Positions 9,422-18,587 of a stretch of DNA of 64,000 nucleotides are shown in pieces (within the stretch, counting starts at the first letter, position 1; every line of letters starts with the position of its first letter). Made by a program: the position numbers and the translations under genes. The notes beneath the pieces are model-generated. The model was not told the DNA's origin and ran no database searches. It worked only from the letters and a program-made list of their open reading frames with translations. Source of the stretch: an uncultured Candidatus Obscuribacterales bacterium (GTDB lineage Bacteria > Cyanobacteriota > Vampirovibrionia > Obscuribacterales > Obscuribacteraceae); assembly GCA_964418155.1 (NCBI GenBank), contig CAYQKX010000012.1, forward strand, positions 53,786-117,785, read 5' to 3'.

Positions 9422-11041
9422 GTGTCTATACTGTTGGGCAAATCGATTTCGACATGCCTGAGGTTGCCCGTGGACAACGCACTGCTTTTATTCCTGCTCT
9501 TCTTACCATTGGGTGCGGCGATCATCATCGCGCTCATTCCGACCAAAGACGATCGCGACGCTCAAGGTCTCGCTCGTTTCTTCTCATGGATCATGGTCGC
9601 GCTTTCGCTGCTATTAGTTCACGACTTCTCATCATCGTCAGGACAACTTCAGTTTGTGACAGTGAAGAACTGGGTTTCCCATCCATGCAACATCAACTTC
9701 CACATTGGTGTTGATGGGCTGAGCATGTCACTTGTCCTTCTGACAACGATTATTACCCTGATGGCGGTGTACGCGAGCTACTCGATTAAGAGTAGGGTCA
9801 AGATGTACTACGCCAACGTGATGCTCCTAACCTTTTCATTATTAGGAGTCTTCATGTCGCAAGACCTACTTCAATTCTTTGTGATGTACGAGTTCGAACT
9901 CGTACCGATGTATTTCCTCATCGCTATCTGGGGTGGCCCGAGACGCGGTTACGCGGCAATGAAATTCTTGCTGTACACCTTCTTTGGTGGCGTGCTGATG
10001 CTCGGTGCTCTTCTCTACACCTGGACGCAGCTGTACGCTATGGATCCGGCGCTTGCGACGTTCAACATGACAACGCTGGCGGCATCATCTAATGCACTAC
10101 CGCTAGGCGCACAGGTGATCGCCTGCCTCGGATTCTTCCTCGCATTCATTATCAAACTACCTTCGGTTCCCTTCCATACATGGTTGCCTGATGCTCACGT
10201 CGAGGCTCCAACGCCTATCTCCATGATCCTCGCCGGGCTTCTACTCAAGATGGGTGGATACGGTCTGATAAGGATCTGTATGGGCTTCTTCCCCGCGTTC
10301 TTCGCGGAGTACGCTCCTTGGGTCATCGCCCTCGGTGCCATAAATATTATTTGGGGTGCGATTGCATGTCTCGTTCAAAAGGATATGAAACGCATCATCG
10401 CATTCTCTAGCGTCTCGCACATGGGCTTCATTCTGCTCGGCATCGGCTCTCTCTCTAATGCCGCCGTCAATGGTGCCATCTTCCAGATGCTGAGCCACGG
10501 TTTTATCTCCGCCCTTCTATTCTTCCTGGTCGGTACCGTGTATGAGCGCTGCCACACGCGGCAGCTGCCTGAAATTGGCGGCGGTCTTGCATACGAGATG
10601 CCGGTCTTGTTCTATTTTTGGATGTTCGCCACCATGGCCAATCTTGGTCTCCCCGCGCTATCCGGCTTCGTCGGAGAGGTGGCAGTTTTCTACGGCGCCT
10701 TCACGTCTCCAATGGCGCATTCGCAAGTACATGGAGCCTGGACACAAGGATGGATTATCGCCTCGGCACTAGCAGTGGTGCTGACCGCGGGATACATGCT
10801 CTGGCTCCTCAAGCGTTTGTTCTACGGACCGCTGATGGATAAGTGGAAGAATCACCTCTATGATGCGACTGTCACCGAGAAATTCGTCGGCGCATGCCTT
10901 GCTGCTCTGACCCTGGCTTTTGGTATCTATCCTTACTGGTTGAACAGTATGTATCAAAACATAGGCGACCGCATCACCAACCAGGTCATCACCAGAACGC
11001 AGATAAGCCAAACTGCTCCGGAAGCGAATCCGCATCTCTAA
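9422..11041 (+). CDS. nuoM: NADH-quinone oxidoreductase subunit M (NuoM/NdhD-type)
   Basis: Motifs FELVPMYFLIAIWGG, LPDAHVEAPTPISMILAG, FSSVSHMGF. The track start is GTG 9422. GTG 9470 (MDNALLLFLLFLPLG, GAGG 6 nt upstream) is an equally good start. Confidence 0.9.
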   Translation: MSILLGKSISTCLRLPVDNALLLFLLFLPLGAAIIIALIPTKDDRDAQGLARFFSWIMVALSLLLVHDFSSSSGQLQFVTVKNWVSHPCNINFHIGVDGLSMSLVLLTTIITLMAVYASYSIKSRVKMYYANVMLLTFSLLGVFMSQDLLQFFVMYEFELVPMYFLIAIWGGPRRGYAAMKFLLYTFFGGVLMLGALLYTWTQLYAMDPALATFNMTTLAASSNALPLGAQVIACLGFFLAFIIKLPSVPFHTWLPDAHVEAPTPISMILAGLLLKMGGYGLIRICMGFFPAFFAEYAPWVIALGAINIIWGAIACLVQKDMKRIIAFSSVSHMGFILLGIGSLSNAAVNGAIFQMLSHGFISALLFFLVGTVYERCHTRQLPEIGGGLAYEMPVLFYFWMFATMANLGLPALSGFVGEVAVFYGAFTSPMAHSQVHGAWTQGWIIASALAVVLTAGYMLWLLKRLFYGPLMDKWKNHLYDATVTEKFVGACLAALTLAFGIYPYWLNSMYQNIGDRITNQVITRTQISQTAPEANPHL

Positions 11042-11063
11042 GCGGCTGCGCTGGCTGCTTTAG

Positions 11064-11096
11064 CGTTCTTGGTTCGTTCTTGGTTAGTTCTTAGTT
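11064..11096. repeat. 3 x 11-bp tandem repeat (CGTTCTTGGTT, third copy degenerate)
   Basis: Read directly: cgttcttggtt cgttcttggtt agttcttagtt, just after the nuoM stop. Confidence 0.85.
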
Positions 11097-11120
11097 CGCA
11101 TGCGATGGCTCGCTCCATGA

Positions 11121-11211
11121 CGAAAACAGAGCCCCTTCGTCAAGAAGGCTCGGAATCTGGTTCGATGTCGAAATAAACCCTGTTCGAAAACAGAGCCCCT
11201 TCGTCAAGAAG
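11121..11211. repeat. 27-bp direct repeat, two copies, 64-bp period
   Basis: CGAAAACAGAGCCCCTTCGTCAAGAAG occurs at 11121..11147 and again, identical, at 11185..11211. Copy 1 can fold (GAGCC..CTTC/GAAG..GGCTC). It sits between convergent nuoM and the GT-C gene. Confidence 0.85.
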
Positions 11212-11241
11212 AACTCACTTCCAGTGACACGATCGAGAACT

Positions 11242-13686
11242 CTATTCCACTAAATATGTGCGTGGTTCACTCAGGTATCCGACCGGGTCACCCTTGTCGT
11301 TGAGGGCACGGACCGCGACTTGATGTTTTCCGAAAACGATCGCTGGCTGTGGCAGACGGTAGACACCGCTCAAGTTCTTAACCCTTGTTCTGAAGAGTAT
11401 ATGTTTATCTTCGGGTATAACGATCGAATTGAAATCGGGAAATGCATAGTTGTTGTTCGTAACGACAACTTCAACGGAATGCGCCTCGGCAACATTCTCC
11501 GCATTGTATGAAACATCGACAAAGCTATCACGAGATACGGTAGGAACTACCAGTCTTTTGAGCATAGAATCGTGGGAGCTAGTTCGCGATGGTATCAAAT
11601 CGAGGGAAGGAACGACAGAGGCTGAAGAGATGCCGGTCACCGATTCAATGCTGGCCTTATATTCTCCCGGATAGAAGAGAACGCCAATCTCTTTGATGCT
11701 GCCGTTCAAAACCCAACTTCGCAATCTTTCTGGAACAAAAACCAATTTTTCGTTTTTCACTTCTGCAAAGGGGCCTTCGCTGTAGTCGATCCAACTCTTG
11801 GGTTGATGTTCGGATCGCCAAACCAGCCTGGCATTAGGAGTAAGCTGTTCGATTGGCAAGGTCGTCTTTACGTCAATTTCTATCAGTGACAAAGCGAATG
11901 GATCCAGCTCTGTCGTGGGGAGCCACACTATATGCGGTGCCACAAGTTTAGATACTTCGCGTTCTTTCAAATCGCTGCCGGATAGAGCCAACGCAGCAGC
12001 ACCTGTAGGTTTTTCCCAATCCTCATAAGAATTCTGCTCGGTTCTCCAGCTATAACACTTCGCTCGGTCTGGATGTGAGTAAACAGACATTAGGAGGCGC
12101 GGATATGTGTATTCATGCGAACCAGGCATTGGTCGTTCCATAGTCACGACACGATCGCCAAGACGGCGTTGCTCGACAGGAGGATCAAGCATCTGCTCCA
12201 GATATTCGGGTCTGCCGATCATGCCGGCGCCGGAAAAATCCTGAGGCAGATCGAGGACCAGCAAATGTTTTCCATCAGGTAAGGTCTCTATAGACTCGAT
12301 AAGGTTCCGTTTCGCTTCACGAACCTGCCGCCCTGCTTCTTCGAAGGGGAACAGATTATGTTTTAAACCGTTAGCCCAGCAGACCATCAAAGCGACGAGT
12401 GCCACTACTGGAAATACCGAAAGCAATCGCGCGCCAAATCTGAACAAAGGCGACGAAATCAGCGGTCGAGTCAAACGTATCGACGGGATCAGTGCCACAG
12501 CCAGCAGCACACACATCGCGGCAGACCCGAGGAAGAACAAACGACTGCCGACTAGATTGGGAAAAATATGCCAGATCTGGAATGTCGGGATTTCGGATAC
12601 TGCGAGCCAGAGCGCGACGAACAGAAGCACCCTGGTTCGATCAATCGTCTGCAACAGCCTGAGCAGCAAACCAAACCCGACGACGCTCCAGGCAACCTTC
12701 GCCCAACCAGCTATCTGAGAAGAGAACGGTTGCTCTTCATTGACGCCGAATAGAATTTTGTCGAACGTTGCAACATCTAGAAAGTTCTTCAAACCCTTCC
12801 AGAAACTTCTAAAGCTTGTTGAGCCGTAACCTCCGACTAATGTCCCGAGGAGCACGGTACGAAGCACAGCAAAACCAGCCAGCACGGCGAAGAACGAGGC
12901 TACCGGCGCAGCTCGTCCTTGCAATCCCTTCACCTGCCATTTGAGTGGACGGGCTAAGAGGATCTCAGCAAAAGCTAGCACCACTGGAAGTGTCACAGCC
13001 ATTTCCTTACAGGTCAATGATAGGAAAAAGGCTACGAGAGACGCAGCAAGCCATCCCTTTCTTCCATTCTCTCGGAAGTGAAAGAAGAGCGATAGCGACA
13101 AAAGATAGAAGAACGTACAGTAGACATCAACTCGACCGATAATCCAGGCAACCGACTCCGTGTGGATAGGGTAGAGTGCGAACAATACCATTGCAGCAGA
13201 AGCGCACACGCAGCGGCGTAGATAGCTGTCGTCATCGACCAACTGATAGGAGATGACTCCAACAAGGTAGGTGCAGCCTGAAAAGAACAGAAGATTGAAA
13301 GCGTGATAGCCGCGTGGGTCAAGACCGGAGACCAGGTAATCGAGACAAAACAAAAGAGATATTCCAGGTCTGAAACTAGTTAGACCATCTGTCTGACCTG
13401 TCCAGTTACCGCAAAATGTTTTCAATAAACCGCTAAAATCGCCGTGAAACGCGCTGAAAATATAGCTTAAGTGCTGATAGTCATCGAGTAAGAAACCGAC
13501 GTTCAGAGACTTGTAGTACGCACCAAATACGACACCAATTGCGAGTACCAATCCACCAAGGATCAAGCCGACTCTTCTTGTGGCATCAGCTTGCTCGACG
13601 ACTTCGTAAGCCTCGCAGGTCAACTCAGCGCCGCCCCCGTTCGGAGTGACGTCTTGCGACCGTGATATTTCTTGCGTTTGAGCCAT
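11242..13686 (-). CDS. GT-C-fold membrane glycosyltransferase-like protein (PMT_2/TMTC-like N-domain) with unrecognised C-terminal domain
   Basis: 814 aa. The first ~440 aa are polytopic, with the loop motif FLLDDYQHL and LYPIHTESVAWIIGRVDV, which I associate with PMT_2/TMTC-like enzymes. The last ~370 aa are non-TPR, beta-rich and unrecognised. Confidence 0.6.
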   Translation of the reverse strand: MAQTQEISRSQDVTPNGGGAELTCEAYEVVEQADATRRVGLILGGLVLAIGVVFGAYYKSLNVGFLLDDYQHLSYIFSAFHGDFSGLLKTFCGNWTGQTDGLTSFRPGISLLFCLDYLVSGLDPRGYHAFNLLFFSGCTYLVGVISYQLVDDDSYLRRCVCASAAMVLFALYPIHTESVAWIIGRVDVYCTFFYLLSLSLFFHFRENGRKGWLAASLVAFFLSLTCKEMAVTLPVVLAFAEILLARPLKWQVKGLQGRAAPVASFFAVLAGFAVLRTVLLGTLVGGYGSTSFRSFWKGLKNFLDVATFDKILFGVNEEQPFSSQIAGWAKVAWSVVGFGLLLRLLQTIDRTRVLLFVALWLAVSEIPTFQIWHIFPNLVGSRLFFLGSAAMCVLLAVALIPSIRLTRPLISSPLFRFGARLLSVFPVVALVALMVCWANGLKHNLFPFEEAGRQVREAKRNLIESIETLPDGKHLLVLDLPQDFSGAGMIGRPEYLEQMLDPPVEQRRLGDRVVTMERPMPGSHEYTYPRLLMSVYSHPDRAKCYSWRTEQNSYEDWEKPTGAAALALSGSDLKEREVSKLVAPHIVWLPTTELDPFALSLIEIDVKTTLPIEQLTPNARLVWRSEHQPKSWIDYSEGPFAEVKNEKLVFVPERLRSWVLNGSIKEIGVLFYPGEYKASIESVTGISSASVVPSLDLIPSRTSSHDSMLKRLVVPTVSRDSFVDVSYNAENVAEAHSVEVVVTNNNYAFPDFNSIVIPEDKHILFRTRVKNLSGVYRLPQPAIVFGKHQVAVRALNDKGDPVGYLSEPRTYLVE

Positions 13687-13764
13687 ACCGACCTAGATGT
13701 AAAGCGCCGCTATTGTAGCATCCAGGCAATACTGGGACTCTAAATCACATTCATAATCCGGTTA

Positions 13765-13893
13765 GGGCATGCTCGGTGCCGGCGGTATCAGTGCTGCGCG
13801 TTTGGGCTGGTTGAGGTTTCTCGGACGTTAAACCGTCAGGCAATGCTCGGTGCCGGCGAGAGACGCCGGCGGCCCCAGTGCTGCGCGTTTGCC
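13765..13893. repeat. REP-like duplicated GC-rich element
   Basis: ATGCTCGGTGCCGGCG occurs at 13769..13784 and 13843..13858. CAGTGCTGCGCGTTTG occurs at 13789..13804 and 13876..13891. Copy 2 carries an extra hairpin, GCCGGCG-AGAGA-CGCCGGC. Confidence 0.75.
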
Positions 13894-13942
13894 GCTCAAC
13901 AAAAGTGTCGAGGGATGAACAATATCTCACTTCGAGCGAGGA

Positions 13943-15073
13943 CTACTTGTTTGGCGATTGAGATGGCTTGGACTTCTTGAATGGCTGCGACTTTGTGGAG
14001 GACTTCTCGGAAGCCTCCGATTTCTTGGATTGCTCGGACTTCTTGGATGGCTCAGGCTTGTTCTGCTGTTGGTCCGCATCCTGTTGCAGCTTGTTAAAGT
14101 CTTCGAGCTTTCCGGCGGGAAGGATTGGGACTAGCTCCGGAGGTGTTTCTGGGTTCAAGATATCTTTCGTCTTTACACCAGGGGTGATGACGGTTCCTGA
14201 TATTGCTTGGGAAACGCTATGCGATAGGTTTTCAATCAGTTTTGCCGACGTATCATTGTCGTAGTACTTGCCACCGGACTTTGAGGCGATGCAGTCCAGC
14301 TGGCGCTTTGCGTCGGGCTCACGTTTTAAGTCGAGTCCGAGGATGTCTATTTTCAGCTTGATTCCCTTGGATGGCAGTGTGCTGATATAAGCGCATGGAT
14401 CTTCACCACATGTCTCTGCACCATCTGTAATCAGAATAATTGTTTTGGTACCGTCAACTCGGGCAAGATCGCTTTCGGCGGCCTGATAGATCGCATAGGT
14501 AAGTGGTGTCATTCCAGTGGGCTGTATGCGACGCATTTTTTCGACGATTGTTCTGCGATTCCCGACACCCGGAGGAACGAGAAGGGCGCTTGCCCGGCAC
14601 TCCAAGCCAGGAGTAGCGAATTGGCCAAACACGCGCAGGCCTAATCGCACATCGGTCGGAATTCGCGTCAAAGCATTTTGCAATACTTTCTTAGCAGCAT
14701 CCATTTTCTGAACATCGTGCCCCAAGCCGTCTTTCATACTTAGAGAAGCATCGACAAGAAAGAGAATCGTTATTGGTCCACCTTCACGCTGGGCTCGGCC
14801 CTGAATCAGAGTACCCTCGGTTCCGCCTTGCAGCGTTGTCGAGTCAGTTCCGCCCTGAAGTGTTGTTGAGGCAGTGCCGCCTTCAAGTGTGGTCGATTCA
14901 GTCGAACCTTGAATAGTTGTGGATCCGGCGCTACCTGTAAGAAAGCCTCCATTTGACTGGGCATAAACAGGCGCGCCAGCGAGCAGCACAGTACACAACA
15001 AAGTGAAAACGCCACTTAAAAGATCAGTCGCGATCGTCGCTTGTTTCTTTCGACTCAGTTTTGGAATGTTCAT
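13943..15073 (-). CDS. secreted von Willebrand factor type A (vWA) domain protein
   Basis: MIDAS-type ILFLVDASLSM and IILITDGAETCG. Signal peptide, N-terminal GGTxSTTLQ nonapeptide repeats, and a K/S/Q-rich tail. The track start is 15130. ATG 15073 (MNIPKLSRKKQ...LLAGAPVYAQ) is preferred but still overlaps the upstream gene by 50 nt. Confidence 0.8.
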   Translation of the reverse strand: MNIPKLSRKKQATIATDLLSGVFTLLCTVLLAGAPVYAQSNGGFLTGSAGSTTIQGSTESTTLEGGTASTTLQGGTDSTTLQGGTEGTLIQGRAQREGGPITILFLVDASLSMKDGLGHDVQKMDAAKKVLQNALTRIPTDVRLGLRVFGQFATPGLECRASALLVPPGVGNRRTIVEKMRRIQPTGMTPLTYAIYQAAESDLARVDGTKTIILITDGAETCGEDPCAYISTLPSKGIKLKIDILGLDLKREPDAKRQLDCIASKSGGKYYDNDTSAKLIENLSHSVSQAISGTVITPGVKTKDILNPETPPELVPILPAGKLEDFNKLQQDADQQQNKPEPSKKSEQSKKSEASEKSSTKSQPFKKSKPSQSPNK

Positions 15074-17648
15074 CCCGCGCGCCATCATTTCCATCTGCCC
15101 CTTTAGTGTACTCAATCGAAGGAGCTTCACGCTCGGAGGAAGTTATTTGTGATTCAGAATGTTTGGCAGTCTTAGCAACGGTGGAATGCTTAGAATTCTC
15201 GATCTTGCTCGTGCTCCCGTCAGAATTTTTCTCTGTGGGCTGAATTGCATCGGTCTCTCGAAAGTAGTCGACCGTTTTGTTATCGGTCTGTGCCTGCTTA
15301 TCTTCCTTGCCACCATCTATGCCACTTACCTTCGCTTCACCATTTACAGTATCTTTAGAACCCGTCGGATTCTTAGCAGCGTCTTTCGATGTTGAAAGGG
15401 AGTCCGCACTTGATGTGGTGCTAGTGGAGTTAGAGGATTCGCCAGTCGCCATACTAGGGCCTGTTACGGTCTGCGAATCAGATTTCTTCGTGGGAGCAGT
15501 TTCATCTGAAGTTGAGCTTGCCGAGTCTACCTTCGCCTCATCAGCATCAGTTGGTTTGGTTGTGGAAGCAGTTGAGTCAGACTTTACCTTGTCGGTATCA
15601 GTTGTCAAACCAGACGAATCAATCTTGGCAGCATAACCTGCAGTGATCTTGGAACCTCCTGAATCAGACTTCGCATTTGAAGCATCAGTCGAGGGCGGCA
15701 AAGAGCTCGATGAAGAATCAGTCTTTGAATCAGGAATAGAAGTCGACTGAAGAGGTTTGTCTGAATCAACCAACTGTTTCACGGTGGTTCCATTATCGAC
15801 AGGCTTGCTAGCATCCGTCTTCAGCACATCCTCCTTCGCGACCTCACCGGTCGGAGGCTTGGATTGTTCATCAGTTTTCTTCGGAACAGAAATATCGCCA
15901 GAGACCTTCTCTTCCTCATGCAAAGATTTAGCGACTATTGTTCGGCGGCTGACTGCAATCGGTTTATCCCCATTGCCCAAAGAAGCCCACACAGTGAGAT
16001 AGTACAAACCTTCTTTTCCATCGTTACTGATTGGTATTTTGCTATTGAAGGAACCACCGGCGACCTTGACACCACCCTTGATCGGGATATCCGATACCGG
16101 TCTCGGCTCGGTCGGATCGGAGCCGGACATCATGATGAGAGGCGCTGCGAGGGCGACTGGTGGTACAAACATGCCACCAGCAATAGCGGCAAGTACGCCT
16201 ACAGTTTTCAACGCAAATATTGCTTTGGAGTGATCCTTTTCCGACTTTTCCCGATATGCGACATAATCCAGCGGCGGAAAGTATGGAAGCGGCTCATCAC
16301 CACCCTCCTCTTGCGGCGGAAGGTCGGCAGCACCTTCCCAGGCGATGGTTATTCGGTCGAACTGATATGGCGCCGCGATCTCTCCTGATACGTCGACTTT
16401 TTCGCCTAGCTGTACAGATTTAGGAACAGGATTGATGACACCACGGTTGGTGATTACCTCAAGGCAAGCAATTAATCTTGTTCCATCCAGTGGTTCCATG
16501 GAAAAACCGATATGGGATGCTTCTGGTGCCAATAAAGCTTCTCGATCATCTTGCTGCATGAGCATGTTCTTCAGTATCCGCGCGACGGCAGCTTTCGTTG
16601 GTTTAGAGCCACCGAACTCGGCTGTGTTCAACACTGCCAGATTTTCAGTTACAGCATCGACGCCACCCAATTGAGTGTAGCGCTTATCAGGATTGTCGCC
16701 TTTGCTGTTGGAGTGCGAACTGACTCCTCGCTCAACCAGGTCTTTAACATGCTCTTCCGCCATCTTCTTGGCGAGATGGTTAGTCTCGAGTTGACCCAAA
16801 CCACGACGCTGGCGCTCGTAATTGACCAGCTCCAGGGCAAAACTATCAAGCACCTCCCGTGGTGCTTTCTTGTGACTATCCGGACGGTCGACGATTTCGT
16901 CGAGGTACTGCAATTCAGCGGCGTCGGGAGCAGCGTTACCCATCGGATTTTCGATGAACCCGGTCGGAGGCTCGCCCAGATCGCTCGGTTGTCCCGAAGG
17001 GGCAGGCGCGCTCTTTCCGAGAAGCGTCGATTTCAATCGCTCCGTCCGATCAAAAAGAGAATCATGAGAATATGACTTTCCAAAAACCGCGTTTTCTAGC
17101 GACACCAGCCGGTCTTCGATAGACATATCAGGGCGTGCGACACCGAATGTCAATTGCTCTAGTTTGCCAATCGCAGGGTATGTTTCGGAGGCCTGAGCCG
17201 TTTTGTCCGAACTTTCCGACGTTGGTGCCGTAGACTTTTCGTCTGCGCTAGCGCCTTTCGGCGATTGCGAATTACTGTTTGCGGGAGCAGTAGATCCCGG
17301 TCTCGTGATTCGCGTCAAATCAGCGCTGGTGGAGGACGGTGCTGAGCCGCTGATGGCGCCAGGTCTTGCGATTCGATAGCCATCCTCAGTCGGCTTGGAC
17401 TGTTGGTCAGTCGCCCCGGTCGGCGCTTTCGGGCCCGCTTTATGCCTGGAAGGGGCGAGCGGCGGCATATTTTTTCCAGCGGGCGACGGGTCAGGCGACG
17501 GCGCCTGAGCCGCCAACGCAGCATTTGATACCAAGAGACAGCTTAACGCGACGACAATCGAAGGACATACCCTCAATAGACGGTAGGTCGGCAGTTTCGA
17601 GCTTAGGGAGCGAAACACTGGGCGATGAGCCTCAAGAATCGAAGTCAC
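15024..17648 (-). CDS. large CAP/SCP (YkwD-like) domain protein with S/T/D/K-rich tail
   Basis: 874 aa, GTG start. It has an N-terminal hydrophobic signal and a Pro/Ser-rich linker. The central block ELVNYERQRRGLGQLETNHLAKKMAEEHVKDL...SHSNSKGDNPDKRY...VTENLAV fits the bacterial CAP/SCP pattern. The last ~330 aa are low complexity. Confidence 0.7.
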   Translation of the reverse strand: MTSILEAHRPVFRSLSSKLPTYRLLRVCPSIVVALSCLLVSNAALAAQAPSPDPSPAGKNMPPLAPSRHKAGPKAPTGATDQQSKPTEDGYRIARPGAISGSAPSSTSADLTRITRPGSTAPANSNSQSPKGASADEKSTAPTSESSDKTAQASETYPAIGKLEQLTFGVARPDMSIEDRLVSLENAVFGKSYSHDSLFDRTERLKSTLLGKSAPAPSGQPSDLGEPPTGFIENPMGNAAPDAAELQYLDEIVDRPDSHKKAPREVLDSFALELVNYERQRRGLGQLETNHLAKKMAEEHVKDLVERGVSSHSNSKGDNPDKRYTQLGGVDAVTENLAVLNTAEFGGSKPTKAAVARILKNMLMQQDDREALLAPEASHIGFSMEPLDGTRLIACLEVITNRGVINPVPKSVQLGEKVDVSGEIAAPYQFDRITIAWEGAADLPPQEEGGDEPLPYFPPLDYVAYREKSEKDHSKAIFALKTVGVLAAIAGGMFVPPVALAAPLIMMSGSDPTEPRPVSDIPIKGGVKVAGGSFNSKIPISNDGKEGLYYLTVWASLGNGDKPIAVSRRTIVAKSLHEEEKVSGDISVPKKTDEQSKPPTGEVAKEDVLKTDASKPVDNGTTVKQLVDSDKPLQSTSIPDSKTDSSSSSLPPSTDASNAKSDSGGSKITAGYAAKIDSSGLTTDTDKVKSDSTASTTKPTDADEAKVDSASSTSDETAPTKKSDSQTVTGPSMATGESSNSTSTTSSADSLSTSKDAAKNPTGSKDTVNGEAKVSGIDGGKEDKQAQTDNKTVDYFRETDAIQPTEKNSDGSTSKIENSKHSTVAKTAKHSESQITSSEREAPSIEYTKGADGNDGARDEHSKTESKETSDDRD

Positions 17649-17800
17649 CTAGTATATTGTCGGACAATTTGAGGGCGAAAACAAACAGCAGTCCTAATCT
17701 TTACAACCGTATACCACCAATCACTGTTCGCTTTAGTCAGCTTGACGAAAGGTCCTGTCAACCTGTTCCTGGGTTTGCAAGCAAAACCGTTGAGAATTAA

Positions 17801-18484
17801 TCAGAACGTCAGTCGCTGGTATGGATAAGGCTCATACAAATCGACTTTCTTATCATAGTCGTTGAACAGACAGACATCTTTGTCTTTTTGGGCTTTTTCC
17901 GTGTCTCCCAGGGCCTGGTAAATCTCAGCCCTCAGGTCATATGCACGGGACCAGGTCGGAATCAGCTCTATAGCTTTGTTGACATCGGGGAGCGCTTCTT
18001 GATTCCTACCTAATTTGAAGTACGCATTGGCTCTCAGCAAGTAAAACGGAGCGGCATACGGCTCATTGCCAAGCTCTTGAATCTGAGGATCGAGAACGGC
18101 TATCGATGGAATGAGTTCGCCTTTGACCTGGAGCGCATCTGCCTCCGTGTACTTGAAGTACATGAGCTTACTCTTGAATTCAGGACGTTTTGAGCTCAAT
18201 TCAATCGCTTTTCGAGCATCGTCTATCGCTTGCTGCTCTCGGCCTGCCACGTGTTTGCAGGCGTTAGCACGTTTCCAATACCAGATCGGATTCTCAGGAT
18301 CTGCAAGGACGCCTAGATCCCAGTCTCCTATAGCTTTGGCAAATTCCTCGCGCATTGCGCTAGCGGTAGCTTTCTGGTCGAAGTCCTGAGCCGTAGGCTG
18401 CCCGAAGAACGAACAACCCTGAAGTGCCGAGCAAAACAAAGCTACCGCCAGAGAAACGCTCAAATACTTCTTTCGATAATTCAT
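17801..18484 (-). CDS. TPR-repeat lipoprotein
   Basis: Track ORF 17801..18658 would overlap pgeF. ATG at 18484 gives MNYRKKYLSVSLAVALFCSALQGCS (lipobox LQGC). The body is TPR-like. Confidence 0.75.
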   Translation of the reverse strand: MNYRKKYLSVSLAVALFCSALQGCSFFGQPTAQDFDQKATASAMREEFAKAIGDWDLGVLADPENPIWYWKRANACKHVAGREQQAIDDARKAIELSSKRPEFKSKLMYFKYTEADALQVKGELIPSIAVLDPQIQELGNEPYAAPFYLLRANAYFKLGRNQEALPDVNKAIELIPTWSRAYDLRAEIYQALGDTEKAQKDKDVCLFNDYDKKVDLYEPYPYQRLTF

Positions 18485-18587
18485 ATGCTTATAAGTGTAG
18501 GACAACCGCAAACTCTCTTCAATCTCGCCGATAAATGCTCTGAATACCAACCTACCAATTGTTGGTCCAAAGCAAACTTGGTGCAGT

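Noticed and set aside
11121-11211. Mini CRISPR array (27-nt repeats, 37-nt spacer)
   Set aside because: There are only two repeat copies and no cas genes in the window. The location between convergent genes fits terminator/REP elements better.
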